A stretch of 64,000 nucleotides of DNA from Octopus sinensis (taxonomy: Eukaryota). A program made the translations under genes and the position numbers. Positions 12,631 to 26,204 of the stretch are shown in pieces (position 1 is the stretch's first letter; each line of letters begins with the position of its first letter). The DNA is taken from positions 28,408,464 through 28,472,463 of the forward strand of contig NC_043011.1 of assembly GCF_006345805.1 (NCBI RefSeq), given 5' to 3'. The notes under the pieces are model-generated. The model saw only the letters and a list, made by a program, of their open reading frames with translations. It made no database searches and had not been told where the DNA came from.

Positions 12631-13002
12631 GGGCACATATATGTGTTTATGCACGCGTGTGTGTGTGTGTTTGTGTGGGGAGGTGTTTACAGACGATAAT
12701 AAGTGGAGCACTTCTATAATTCTTGAGAATTTAAAAAAAAAACTTTTATCGAAAGCAAATCAATTGCTGTATTCAGTTATTTTCATTTTTATAGAAATCA
12801 TGTTTATTCATGACTAAAATTTTATAATCAATATTTCTCGTATGATTATCACAGACTCATTTTAATCATATTATCAATAATACATTTCAGTATTGCTTTC
12901 TAATTAATATCATTCTTCCTAAACTACCGAAAATAAAATTCCTTATTTTAAAGAATTGTTTGGATTTCTTTGGGAATTAATGATCTGCTATTAATTTTCC
13001 AG

Positions 13003-13097
13003 GCAGTTTCAGGTTTACAGACTTTCCATATCAGAAGACTGTTCCTGTTCATGACCTCTGTCTGGGGCAGTGCAATTATTATAAAAACCGTTCAAGG
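13003..13097 (+). CDS. Candidate host exon, two open frames (AVSGLQTFHIRRLFLFMTSVWGSAIIIKTVQG or SFRFTDFPYQKTVPVHDLCLGQCNYYKNRSR)
   Basis: Acceptor ttaattttccag|G, donor AGG|gtattt, GC-richer than flanks. Confidence 0.35.
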
Positions 13098-13749
13098 GTA
13101 TTTGTTGTCTATTTTAGTCATTGAGATATGATGCAGAAAATATTTTTGGCCCAGAGATTTTAATATATGACGTTGTCGCTATTGTGTTTATATCTCGTTG
13201 CTTTTAGCGTTTAAATTTAGATTAGTTTCGATTAGATCTATAGTCAGAGACATTCCAGTAATGGCTATCCTGTCTCACTTTCCGTTATGCTATATTCTTC
13301 ATAGGCTTCCTTTCTAAAAGTGAAATCTATCATTTTAGTACGGTAGGGTATCATTTGAGGTGATATTTGGCTGCAATTTCTTGTACGGCTATCAACCATG
13401 TAAATCACCCTTCGCCAGTTCGTTTATCATAACTTTTTTATCAATATCAGGCACTTTTCTTTGACATTTTTATATGCTATCTCCTTATCTATGATGACTA
13501 CTTGTGTAAGTCACATTGATTAATTTAAAAACATGGATCTTGTTACAGATAAAGCTGCGTTGATTTCATTGTATATTTCAGAAATTATTTTCAATCAACC
13601 TATCTTTATCTTTTACGCTTTATTTGTTTCAGCCTCGAAAGCTTTTTGTTTTTTTTCGAATAACTCGATCCTCATATTTCTCTTCTTTTCTGAATTTGAT
13701 ACTTATTCTGTTGATCGTTAACTTTTGAGGAACCGAAAAGTTACGGTTG

Positions 13750-13808
<59 letters not shown>

Positions 13809-13991
13809 CGCCATGATAGATCGGTACCCACTACACATTCATTACTTTCTCTCCTTGTTTCTTTCTGTGTTCCTTTCTGTGGAAGAGCGTAGGCTCGAAC
13901 GTTAAAGACTTTTTCACTTCCTGAGCGTTAAACTAATAGATCTCTTTGTTGTCTACACCAACTGTCTTCGTCTTTTTTTGTGAATTCTCCC
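13809..13991 (+). mobile_element. Family B short element
   Basis: Same 5' and 3' boundaries as 5645-5843; hammerhead-like motif 13873-13907 with one A deleted from GAAA. Confidence 0.75.
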
Positions 13992-14081
<90 letters not shown>

Positions 14082-14094
14082 GTATGTATATATA

Positions 14095-14183
14095 GGGAAA
14101 CTTCACAAAAAAGGCAAAAGACGAAGACAGATGGTGGAGACAACAAACGGATCTATTAGTTTAACGCTCGGGAAGTGAAAAAG

Positions 14184-14188
<5 letters not shown>
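14095..14188 (-). mobile_element. Family B partial inverted copy
   Basis: Reverse complement of about 13904-13991, separated by (TA)n. Confidence 0.8.
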
Positions 14189-14249
<61 letters not shown>

Positions 14250-14879
14250 TAAAAGTAGCAGAAATTTATATATATATATATACATATATATACGCATGTA
14301 TATATGTATATATATATATGTATGTATGCATGTATGTATGTATGTATGTATGTATGTATGTATGTATGTATGTATGTATGTATGTATGTATGTATGTATG
14401 TATGTATGTATGTATGTATATGTATATATATGTATTATGTATGTATATCTGCACACACACACATATATATGTAATGGTAAATTTCCAAAATTGGTAAATA
14501 GGGACATACAATCCTAGTGGGGACCGTATTCGCTTTTACCGGTTAACAATTCTGGCTAACCTCAATTAAAGTAGATGAATCGTGTTTGTTTATTTTACTA
14601 ACTTCGGTAGTTCCTGACTTCGGCAAATCCAGATGTTTCTATACAGACTGCATGTTGTCGGCAGAGAAGAAATACTGAATTAATAAATTGGGAAAACAGA
14701 TTTGTATATCCAAGTTTTATTATGCAGTAAATCACATCTTTCCATGTCAGTACCTGGAAAGATATGATTGACTATATAATAAAACCTGGGTGTATAAATC
14801 TCTGTTTTCCTAATTTATTAATTCATTATAGATATAGATATATACGTGTGCGTGTGCGACACGCGCGTAGTGTATACAG

Positions 14880-15035
14880 CGGGATTCCTGAGTTATCCTG
14901 AGCCAAATTCACTTACAATGCATTGGTCTAGCCGAGCTATACTAGAAGACACTTGCCCAAGGTGTTACATAATGGGACTGAACCCAAAACTACATGGTTG
15001 GAACGCAAGCTTCTTTACCACAGAGCCTCATATAC
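14880..15035 (-). mobile_element. SINE family 2 fragment
   Basis: gaagacacttgcccaagg...gggactgaaccc. Confidence 0.75.
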
Positions 15036-15579
15036 AGCTATATGTTTGTTTTCCTTTTCAATTATTAAGCATATCGAGCAGAAACTCTCCTGCAAGCTCT
15101 TGATATTTTCAGACATCTTTTAATGGATCTCCTTGATTTGTTTCTTAGTTGGTATGTCTTAGTAATTCTTGTTGATATATAGATTCATGTTGATCGTCAT
15201 CGAAGAGATCTATGACCAGACGTCTTCCAGCCATAATATATGTTGATATACATTGTCCTAAGTAACATTCCTTTCTTTTAGGTTTTATTATTTTGTTGTT
15301 TTTCTAGTGGTTGGGTGTAGTTTTGGTGACTGACTGAATTATTTATATTTCCAGGACGTTGAGCACGTACGCAAATACTCTCTGGTTGCCTCATTGGTAC
15401 GAGACGTGGGGAGATTTAAGTGACAAGAAAGTGAAAATTGCTTTCCATTATTAGAAGCTACCTTCGTGGGTTTCTCTCCTTTCCATTACAGTAACTTTTT
15501 TTTACCTTTTGTTGCCTCGTTCCTGATCCTCTAGCTTGTATTTATGTAACTTTTGTATGTTTGTTAATTACTAACAAAT

Positions 15580-16200
15580 ACATCTTGGGTGAATTTTCGA
15601 GTGATGGAAAGCTGGAAACTGAATTAGATGCTAGAATTGCAGGTGCTAGCACAGTAATATGCCGGCCCTAGTATTCGATCCTCAGAAGAAGAGAGGTTAG
15701 AAAAATGCCAAACTCCCCATCTTCAATTCGGCTTTCGAACCTATACTCATTTGAAGACATGAACGTTCGATAATGATCGAAAGAATACAATCGCGAATAA
15801 AAGTGGCCTAAATTAGGGTCCTCCGAAGGGTTTCTAGAATAATGTTTTTTAACAGAGCGTGCGTAACTTGGATATTAGAGAGTATCTCCATGTCAAGCTA
15901 CTACTTCTCCACATTCAGGGGTCACAGTTTATGTAACTATGGGCATGTAATTAGAATGTCGCAAGAAAGAATCACAAGACAGATTTTTCAAACCCTGCCA
16001 AATGGAAGGAGATAAGGGGTAGACCAAACACGAGATGTTTGGATAATAACCGTAGTCTTAGTTGGTCATGGATGGAAATTCAATCGGCAAGTCTAATGAT
16101 TTTGCTTTCTGTCAGACCCACATGGAGAAGGAGTCATACGACTCTACCCCTACAACCCATGTAATAATAATGAGGCGAGACGATGAATGGATGAATAGAA
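15580..16200 (+). mobile_element. RTE-clade LINE 3' fragment (RT C-terminal region), decayed
   Basis: LG..FSSDGKLETELDARIAGAS...RVRNLDIRE...GHVIRMSQERI...GRP with stops and frameshifts. Confidence 0.85.
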
Positions 16201-16484
16201 AACTTTTTCTAACAGTTCCTTATCTTTTTATTTGTTCTGTCGGGAAATATGTAAATCTTCCACCTTTTTAGGAAAGTGAGAAATGTTTACTTAATTTTAA
16301 GTCAATGAATACGAAAAATATTGACGTTTACTATTAGCACCAAAATTTACATACGCGTAAAACTAATTTAATATTACATAGCGAATCGTAAGAAATATCA
16401 ATAAGCATAAACAAAATTAAAATCTTGGGAAGTGAAAAATGTTTATATAGAAGCAGACAGGTAATATCCTTCCCGAGTCATAAA

Positions 16485-16685
16485 GACTCATAGGGCCGGT
16501 TTTCCGGTTTCCATGGTGCGTGCATGCCCCGCTAGACGGACGAAGGCCCGTCACATGTAGCTGCGTGGACTGGACTAACATGAAATGAAATGTCTTGCTC
16601 AAGAACATAAGGCGTCACCAATCTTGGAATCGAAGCCAAAATCTTACGATAGTAAGTCCAACGCCTTAACCATGGACACACGCAC
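16485..16685 (-). mobile_element. SINE family 3 variant
   Basis: gggccggttttccggtttcc...gctcaagaacac as at 40090-40335. Confidence 0.7.
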
Positions 16686-17283
16686 TTGCACTAAAGGTAA
16701 TTTACCTTGGCTAATTTCATTAGAATTCATAAAAAGAATTACGAAGCCTAAAGGAAAATAAGTTTTGTTTTCAGACAACGAGTATTAAGAAAAAGAATGT
16801 TAAGTGAAATATAAATAGGGAACTGACACAGGCGAAACAAATTAAATCCAGAACACTTTGTTTTATATAAGAACTATGAATATGAAAATAATTCAATAAT
16901 AATTGAAACGTTTTTATCTATTATTCGACATTAAAAATTTGCCTTAAAAAATGATTCAAAATAATTGATTTCGAACGACGGCAGAGTGTATTTTTATTAA
17001 ATAAAATTACAAATAAGTAGACAGAACAAAAAAGAAAGAAAAATAAAGATTTCTGAAATTATATTTTTCCGTGACATTTGAATGTCCGATTTAGCTTCAA
17101 ATATTCAGACTTCATACATACGTACATACGTATGTACATATATACATGCGTACGTACATATACACATAAGTACGCACATACGTACCGATAGACGGACAGA
17201 TAACAAAATAAATAAATGGTGATGCACACCTAAATAGCTAAACGGAGGTACGTACTCTTTCATTAATTCGCATATGCCCACTC

Positions 17284-17339
<56 letters not shown>

Positions 17340-17343
<4 letters not shown>

Positions 17344-17712
17344 TTTTATTCTTTTATTAGTTTCAGTCATTAGATAGCAGCCATGTTAGAGCACCGCCTA
17401 TAGTCGAACAAATCGCCCCCAGGACTTATTCTTTGTAAGCCTACTACTTATTCTATCGGTCTCTTTTGCCGAACCGCTAAGGTACGGGGGACGTAAACAC
17501 ACCAACACCGGTCGTCAAGTGATGTTGGGGGGACAAACACAGACACACAAACATATATACATATGACGGGTTTCTTTCAGTGTCCGTCTACCAAATTCAC
17601 TCACAAGGCTTTGTTCAGCCCGAGGCTATAGCAGAAGACGCTTGCCCAAGATGCCACGCACTAGGAGTGAACCCGGAACCATGTGGTTGAGAAGCAAGCT
17701 TCTTACCCCATA
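17340..17712 (-). mobile_element. SINE family 2
   Basis: Near full-length match to rc of 54378-54782. Confidence 0.9.
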
Positions 17713-18409
17713 GCGTGTGTGTGTATATAAATACATCACATAGATATAGATATATAAATTGATATGAACATATGTATTCATACACACGTCCATAGATAGA
17801 AATTCAGGGATTCAAGTATATGAATTAATATGTATTACTTTCAAGCCTATACATAGAATATATCTACTTATCTCGGCGTTTATAATTACTTACCATACGT
17901 AATGTAATACTTGAAGACATCCATATACAGATGATACTTGATTGTCCTACTTATACAATCTGTATCCCTCTTCAGTTCTTGAAAATTAAAGGCATTTGTA
18001 CTGCACTAGTACTTTATTTTATCGACTTCGAAAGAGGGAGATACAAGGCACACTTCGGCGGGATTTGAAATCAGTATGTAAAGAGTCTGAAGAAATGTTG
18101 CAAAACAAGATGAGAAATGGGATAACCTCTGCATAATTCATGCCCACTAAAAAATAAACTCCTGTTGTCTTGTTGGATAATTTGTTGAACTTCTAGACTC
18201 TTATAGAAAAGTCAAATGGAAGCACCCTAAGACAGATATATACGGTTATACTTAACCACTATCTGCCATCGTCTGCGGCTCCATGGATACTGCGAACGTG
18301 TATATTTTGTCTTTCTTTCATGGCGTATCCAAGAGTAGGGAAGTCTTAAGTATACATACAGTTAGCCACTTGCTTCTGGAAACACTCCAAGCACAGTAGA
18401 GAGGTTTAT

Positions 18410-18700
18410 GTTTTATATATATTATATAAAATCCGTTCTGTCTGCCTGTGTGTGTGTGTTCTAGGATCTCGGGCAAACGCCATCCGATTGCGCTCAAATT
18501 TGATATGTAGATACCGACGGTATCAAGGCGTGTATAAGTCTTGACAAAATTACAAAAATCGATAAAGCCGTGGGAACGTGCATTTGTACTCGCAATTACA
18601 TCAACTGTTGCGATCGTACGCGAGAAATATGCACGTGCAGTTTGGGAAAAAAAAGCCGGCTGGCTTGAAATAATGCCACAAAATCCAGTATATTTAAGAG
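18410..18700 (+). mobile_element. Possible non-autonomous Helitron 5' portion
   Basis: tatattatataaaa start, tctgtctg repeat and ccgattgcgctcaaatttg motif resemble non-autonomous Helitrons; no 3' end seen. Confidence 0.35.
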
Positions 18701-19019
18701 ACCAAAAAAGTAAGATGCAAAAGAGATATTTTCTTCAAACTTGGCATGAAGGAAGGAAAGACTATCATAACAGCCTTATAATTACTGGTACTTTAAACTC
18801 TTCGGTTGCATATTTGTGTGAATAAAATCGTTTTTCTTTGGAATAGAAAAAAGTCTTTATTTCTTCTTTTGCTCAACTTTAGGTTAAATCAGTGTTTTTC
18901 AAAGGGGAGGTCTATGGGACGGTCCGACAACTTGTTTTGAGAAAATTTGGTTTAAGTGTTTGACAACTCAGCACTGTCCATTGAACGGGGGGCGTTTTGC
19001 TCATATACATATATATATA

Positions 19020-19056
<37 letters not shown>

Positions 19057-19222
19057 AATATAAATTAAAAACAGAACGCAAAGGATATCGCGGTACACGT
19101 GTTTTTAATTTATATTTGTTATATACTCTCTCACCTCTGCCACTATCTGGCATATACAGGTGCTTACACTTATCAAGTATTCACTCTAAATTTACACTAT
19201 ATATATATATATAATATATATA

Positions 19223-19253
<31 letters not shown>

Positions 19254-20090
19254 ATGTTCCTGTTAAACATTTTAACCAGCACTTAGTAATCTAATCCTTA
19301 TAAACAGGTCCACACCAGTAGTTTGTTCTTTGTGGCTTCTAAGTATATTTTTTTATTATATTTGTGTACTGTGTTTGTTACTTTAAATATATTTATTCGT
19401 GATGATTACTTAATTAACTGTTCATACACATCTTCAGTATTCTTTTCATTCTTCCTGTCTTGGTGCAGTATTGATTTATGTAATATTTTTACGTATTACG
19501 CTCTATAAAACCGTTTGGGATTAGAATCGGACTGCTTTTTTTTTTCCTTTTTTTTCAAAGAATCGTTTTCGCTCTATGTAACGACAGTCTTTTTGTATTT
19601 GATCAAGTGTCATTTATTTCAAGAATTTCTTTGATTCAGATAGTTTTGTGTCTTTTATCGATGTTGTTATCATACTTTGACTCGCCCTTGAGAAGTACTT
19701 TCACCGGTCTATGGAGAATTTCATACAATAAATTCTTTAACGATTTCCTCTTTTGGAATTTCCCATTCTTATATTTTCCTCATATTCCGTTTTAAATATA
19801 TTTTTCTTTCTGTCCTTCCTTCCGGTTCTACTTTTGTTGCTCAGTATTCTGTACATGTTCTAATGTTTGTCTGTTCTTTACTTTGTAATTTAGTTTGATT
19901 TCGAAAAATGTTACGTCTCTTTCTGTGATTCAAATAGACAAAGTAGTCTTTGTTTACGTCTGTTTGTGTGACTATGTCAAACTTTTGTTACCAAACTCCT
20001 CCGCAACCACGGGACCGATTTCGACCAAACTTGGCGTGAGGATCCGTGGGTACCGAGAGAGAGTGTGAACATCTATATGGGATTCACGAA

Positions 20091-20320
20091 GGCGGTGAGC
20101 TGGCAGAAACGATAGCACGCCGGGCGAAATGCGTAGCCGTATTTCGTCTGCCATTACGTTCCGAGTTCAAATTCCACCGAGGTCGACTTTGCCTTTCATC
20201 CTTTCGGGGTCGATAAATTAAGTACCAGTTACGCACTGGAGTCGATGTAATGGACTTAATCCGTTTGTCTGTCCTTGTTTGTCTCCTTTGTGTTTAGCCC
20301 CTTGTGGGTAGTAAAGAAAT
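20091..20320 (+). mobile_element. SINE family 1 monomer with 17-bp target-site duplication
   Basis: TATATGGGATTCACGAA at 20074-20090 and 20322-20338; tRNA-like head; central domain resembles the Meta/Sauria-SINE core. Confidence 0.95.
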
Positions 20321-20633
20321 ATATATGGGATTCACGAAAATTAACCGGTCCGGTCCCAGTCCAGTAAAATCCGACAAAACGAATTGCCCTTCTCTCACTA
20401 TTCCGTTACTCTCCTACTATTCCTCATGCTTACTACCTCTTACTATAATTGAGAGCTGCAATGTGAAGAGTGGTAATTGACAGAATTGCAGAGAATGTTA
20501 CTTCTCATAACTCTCCCTTAACCGGTTGCGCTCTTCTCCACGTCTCCTTCAGTGTTACTTTGATGTTTCTCTCTCACATTATATATATATTACATATTGA
20601 ACTCACTCTCTCATACAATGTTACCTCTCATAA

Positions 20634-20739
<106 letters not shown>

Positions 20740-21479
20740 CTATCTCTATCTCTCTGTCATATATTTACGACTTCTCTTAGTTCATTTTGTCTTAACTGGT
20801 TGCGTTCTTTCGGTGTCATTTTGAAGAAAAAAAAAAGACTATTAGTCTTCGGTGAAAATTACAATTACACCATACTCGCTAAACACTGTCTTAACGTGGG
20901 ATTATGTTATTGAATTGCTCTAAACGAATTTGACCATAAAAATGTTGGAAATTTAGTATTTTTTAAGATGTTAATATAATTTATTGGATCTATTTTAATA
21001 CTGTCGGCTGTCTGAGCTATTCTTATGTCTGTTTACATCGTTGCGTGTATGTTACTGAATGTACTGTCGTCTGATATTTCACGCATGCGTAGAATTCTGA
21101 AATAGCAGGCGTAAAAGTATGGACATTTCGGAAACTTTACGTATTCGATTGCATGAAAATAGGTTCGACAAATTTTATTATTACCTTAAGAAATACTAAA
21201 TTTCCGACATTTTTATGGTCAAATACGTTTAGAGCAAATCAACAGCATAAAAATCGCACTTTCAAATAGTGTTCAACGGGAGTTTTGTAATTGTAAATAA
21301 ATATCCAAGGTAAATATTTACAATTAATACCGTGAAAACTTCCCGTTCAGAAAAATTAGCTCAAATGCTAGCTGAATTTCACTGTATAATTGTTATAAAT
21401 ATTCACTGTTTCAACAGTACACTATGCCCAGAAAAAGAAAGAGCAGTAACCTCTCCCGAAAAAATTCCCGTTCCCAAAA

Positions 21480-23200
21480 GATTGCTGAGCAAAGACAACA
21501 GACGCTAATTGAAGAAAACAGACAAGGAGAATGCAAGAAACCCGTGCAGTGGAAACACCATAGGAAACAGAGGTACGGAGAAATACAGATCGGCTGAAGA
21601 GAGAGGAATCCCGTGCAATGGAAAGATCAGAAGATTCAGAAGCATGGAGGAATGCGAATCGGATGAGAACACAGGAAACCCGTGCAGTGGAAAGTCCAGC
21701 AAAAAGAGAAGCACGAGGGAATGTGAATCAGCTGCGGACACGGAAAAGCCGTGTAATGAAAACATCACAATAAACAGAAGCACGGATAAATACTGATCGG
21801 CTGAGGAAACAAGACTCTAGTGAAAGGGCGTCGCTGTAATAAATTCATCAGCGACAGGCAAACAACCAGGCACGATACTAATCAAGACTTCGTCAGCAAA
21901 GAACTGACACTGAGAGAATTGGCTATGGAAGTTGATGTGGCAGATTTTCATGAAATAGAACGAAACCCAAGTCTTTTGTTGCACTACTGTGGGAGCATTT
22001 TTAACAGAACATGCCCTGAGTGCAAAGCTTACCTTTGGGGTGCTGAGAAAACTACCCTCTGCTGTAGCAAAGGGAAAATTGGCAATGACAAAGTTCCAAA
22101 GATGAAAAAGCCCTCAGAATTAATAGCTAAGTACTATGATGTTAATCTATGCGGTCAAATGTTTCTGAACAAAATTAGTGACTACAATAATTTACTGACT
22201 ATGGTCTTACTTGGATAATGCACCAGTTGGACCACATGGTGGTAGGACTTTTATGAATACTTTCAAGATTCAAGGAAAGTTGTACCAGAGTTTAAAAAGC
22301 CTCCTGCCAGTAGTAAATAGGAAGCCAGTCTATGCACGGCTATATTTCATTCTCATTGAAAATGAGATGAGAAACAGGTTGTCATTCACAGGAGCTGACA
22401 ATGACGTTAATGAGAACAGCCTGCTAGACTTGCAGAAGCACTGCATATGCACAATCCTTATGTAAAAAGTTTTAAACAAGCTATTGATATAATTAAGGAA
22501 CACTATCCATCAGAAAAATGTTCTACCGGTGATATTATTATAAGTCATCACAAACGGCTTATTTCAGCTAGGTCCCATGAGAGAACCTATAATACTCCGA
22601 CTGCAACAGAAGTTGCTGTGATCATGGTGGGATATGATACCAATAATCCAAACATTAAACCTTCGGATATTGTGCAATACAGAGGGGGCAATGGGAAGTT
22701 AGACTACATTGGTCAAATCCACAGAAGCTATGACCTTCATTTTGTACTTTTGTTTCCCTGTGAGGAATGTGCTCTTCAAAGACAATGACCGAAGCAAAAA
22801 TATCACTGAATGTGACTTTTATTTTTATAGATTTCAGGTAAAAAAAAAAAAGGATGTGTTCAATGGCATAATAAAAAGTAGACGTCTGATGCATCAATAT
22901 GCAGTAAACCAATATGTAAAGATAGAGCAAGATCGATTACACTTCCTGAGAACTCAACAGAAACATCTTAATGTTGAAGAGTATCAGGGGCCTTCTGGGT
23001 GCTATTACAAATGGTGATATGAATGCCGTAGGGTCTAACATCACATCTTCCGCCATCACATACTGGTTCTCCTCAGTTTTACAAGGATTGTATACTAGCT
23101 GGAATGACTCTGGTGAGAGAGTTCGGAAAGCCAGACTACTTCATCACTATGACAACCACCCCGAAGTGGACTGAGATAACGGAAGCTCTGTTTGGTTCTG
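21480..23200 (+). mobile_element. Helitron Rep/helicase N-terminal remnant (pseudogenised)
   Basis: R/E-rich repeats, Zn motif CPECKA...CCSKGK, HNPYVKSFK, YNTPTATEVAV, LMHQYAVNQYVKIEQDRLHFLR, FGKPDYFITMT..PKW.EI (Rep motif 1); multiple frameshifts. Confidence 0.93.
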
Positions 23201-23293
23201 GGAACAACGTGCATATGTTAAGCATTGGGTTCAAATTGATCAGCCGTTCATACTTTCAAGATTTCCGACATTGCATGTATGTTAGAAATTATC

Positions 23294-23350
<57 letters not shown>

Positions 23351-23362
23351 GTTATGATTAAG

Positions 23363-23570
23363 GCGGCGAGGTGGCAGAATCGTAAACACGCCGGATAAAA
23401 TGCTTCGTGTTATCTTCTAATTTTACGCTCTGAGTTCAAATTCCGCCGTGCTGATTTTGCCTTTCATCCTCTCGTGATCGACAAATTAAGTACCAATTAA
23501 GTACTAGGGTCGATATAATCGATTATCTCCCCCCACCCAAATTTCAGGCCTTGTACCTATAGTAGAAAGG
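23363..23570 (+). mobile_element. SINE family 1 (second tail type)
   Basis: Head, core and gccttgtacctatagtagaaagg tail. Confidence 0.85.
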
Positions 23571-24675
23571 TTTACTATTATTATATTTACATGCCACTGC
23601 ACAACGTCTTCAAACACAAGTTGATCAAATCCTTCTGAGTGAGACTCGTTAGATTTAAAATGTGTCGCAAGCTATGATGTGGTTCCTTAATATTCTTAGT
23701 TTAACCACCATCACCACCTGACTCCTGAGTACTTTCAACGGAGACCACTCTGTTGCAAATATTTGGGCCAAAATCCTGGTTTCAGATTAACTTTCTCCTT
23801 CATTCCAAACCGACTTGGCCGCCCGGAATTGGAATCGTAGGCACTTTCTTTCTTACTCCGTAAAGTTCAGAGTGAAACAAACAACGCTATTGCACAATTT
23901 ATTAGAGTCTGTCATATCACTACAACACTTTAATAAAAATTCTTCAGGTAGAATTATGACATACTCATTGAACACATGTTTTATTACAGAAACTACAAAT
24001 GCAATTAATTATAGTAATTTTTTTAATATTTAATTGAAATTTGCATGAATCCTGCAGATAATGTGAGTTACTGAAGCTAGAGTAATTAATATCTAACTGG
24101 CATCTAGTTGCAATATGATTTAATTAAAACCTTGGTTATGTTAGTGGCAATTGTTGTTAGCCAGAAATCTTTTATTTTTGAATTCGTTAAGAACGGCCTT
24201 CTATTCAGAAAACATCGTAATTAAATACCACATGACGCCGCTTTTATTAACTCATAGATTTCCGTTGGCCAAGTGGAGAGCTGTCACGGCAGACGAATAA
24301 AAGATATGGATTGCATAGGATAGCAGATATCTGGTTATCTAAGAATTTTAATACTCTAGGCTTGGAAATATTTATCGCCTTTCCAGCTCTCCCTTAGCAA
24401 CCTAGAATATCTAAATAATAGATTCTGTAGAATCAACGAATAACTTACACTAGACATTTACGAAAGAGCGATATGAATGTCGCAGGAATGTATAAACGTA
24501 TGAAAAAAAGATTGAGAATGTATTGGTTGGTTCATGCGAATTAATAACAAAGTAAAGGAAAGGAGAGAAATAAAACTACCATTTAAGAGACTCAATGGTT
24601 GTTTTGCGTGTTTAAGTAGCTGGAGCTTCTTGAAAATACGAAAGAGGAGGCGATATATAAAAGCAAGAAATACAA

Positions 24676-25062
24676 GGCGGTGAGTTGGCAGAACTGTTAA
24701 CACGCCGGGCGCAATGCGTAGCGGTATTTCGTTCTGAGTTCAAATTCCACCGAGGTCGACTTTGCCTTTCATCCCTTTGGTGTCGATTAAATAAGTACCA
24801 GTTACGCACTCGGGTCGATATAATCGACTTAATCCGTTTGTCTGTCCTTGTTTGTCCTCTCTGTGTTTAGCCCCTTGTGGGTAGTAAAGAAATAGGTATA
24901 TTTCGTCTGCCGCTACGTTCTGAGTTCAAATTCCGCCGAGGTCGACTTTGCCTTTCGTCCTTTCGAAGTCGATAAATTAAGTACCAGTTGAGTACTGGGG
25001 CTGATGTAATCGACTTATCCCCTCCCCGAAAATTTCAGGCCTTGTGCCTATAGCAGAAAGTA
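24676..25062 (+). mobile_element. SINE family 1, dimeric form
   Basis: Monomer with ...gtagtaaagaaatag tail fused to a second unit starting gtatttcgtctgcc. Confidence 0.9.
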
Positions 25063-25849
25063 TAAAAGCAATAAATATGAACAAAAGAATTCTAATAAGC
25101 GTTTTTATATGTGTTTATAATGAAATGTGTCTGACAGATTCGAGTATAGCCTAATCAAAAGACGAAGATTTCAATCTTCGTATTGAAAACTATGAAACCA
25201 AGATTAGTTTCCAGTGAGTTCGACATTCTCTCACTGGTCTGTTCTCTTCCACACTATTGGATTTATCTTTGGGTAGATCGAGAAAATTGAATAGAGAATT
25301 TATTTGAACCACTCGTAAAGTAACACATTTTGACACAATGCAACAGTTTTGACGAGATGCGGAAAAAAGACACTTTGAAATAAAACCAACGAATAAGTAT
25401 TTATATGTGGCATGAATCGTGACGATATAATAGTCAAACTTGTCTCAATTCTTACAATAGAAAATAGAAAAAAAGATTGCCCTGATATATTATTACTAGG
25501 AAAAGACAGAAACGTCACCGCCAGAGTAGTATTGATAAAAGCTATTTTATAAACTGGTTAATGTTTTTGGGATGTATGGGAAAATTCTTGTGGTTATCCT
25601 GCTAAGTATTTTGTCCGACAAGTTAATGATTTTAGCAACTCATTGCGTTTTGCTCCAGTAGTTAAACGAAATTTATCTTATCAGTCCACACCAGAAATTT
25701 GAACATAAGTATAATATGACGTGAAAGTACTGCATTACAACTTGATAACCTGTGACTTATTTTGATTTTACTCATCTTACTTCGAGGTGTGCGGATAATA
25801 CCGGAGTGACTTGGTGCTTCCATTGAAGTGCCTAACTCATCTGAATTTT

Positions 25850-25874
25850 AATTATGTATATATATATATGTATA

Positions 25875-25921
<47 letters not shown>

Positions 25922-26075
25922 ATTTATTTTTTTATATTTATGTATATATATATTTATATATATATATATGCATATTTATTTATTTATATTTATGTATATA
26001 TATATATATATTTATATGTATATATTATTTATATATATATATATAGTTATATGTATATATTTATATATATATAGT

Positions 26076-26106
<31 letters not shown>

Positions 26107-26109
26107 ATA

Positions 26110-26179
<70 letters not shown>

Positions 26180-26195
26180 TTATATGTATATATTT
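25850..26195. repeat. Degenerate (TA)n array
   Basis: Direct reading. Confidence 0.95.
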
Positions 26196-26204
26196 CTACG
26201 ATAA

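Noticed and set aside
25190-25246. GAAAC...GTT plus an 8-bp hairpin as a hammerhead
   Set aside because: The following core reads CTGTTCT, not CUGANGA
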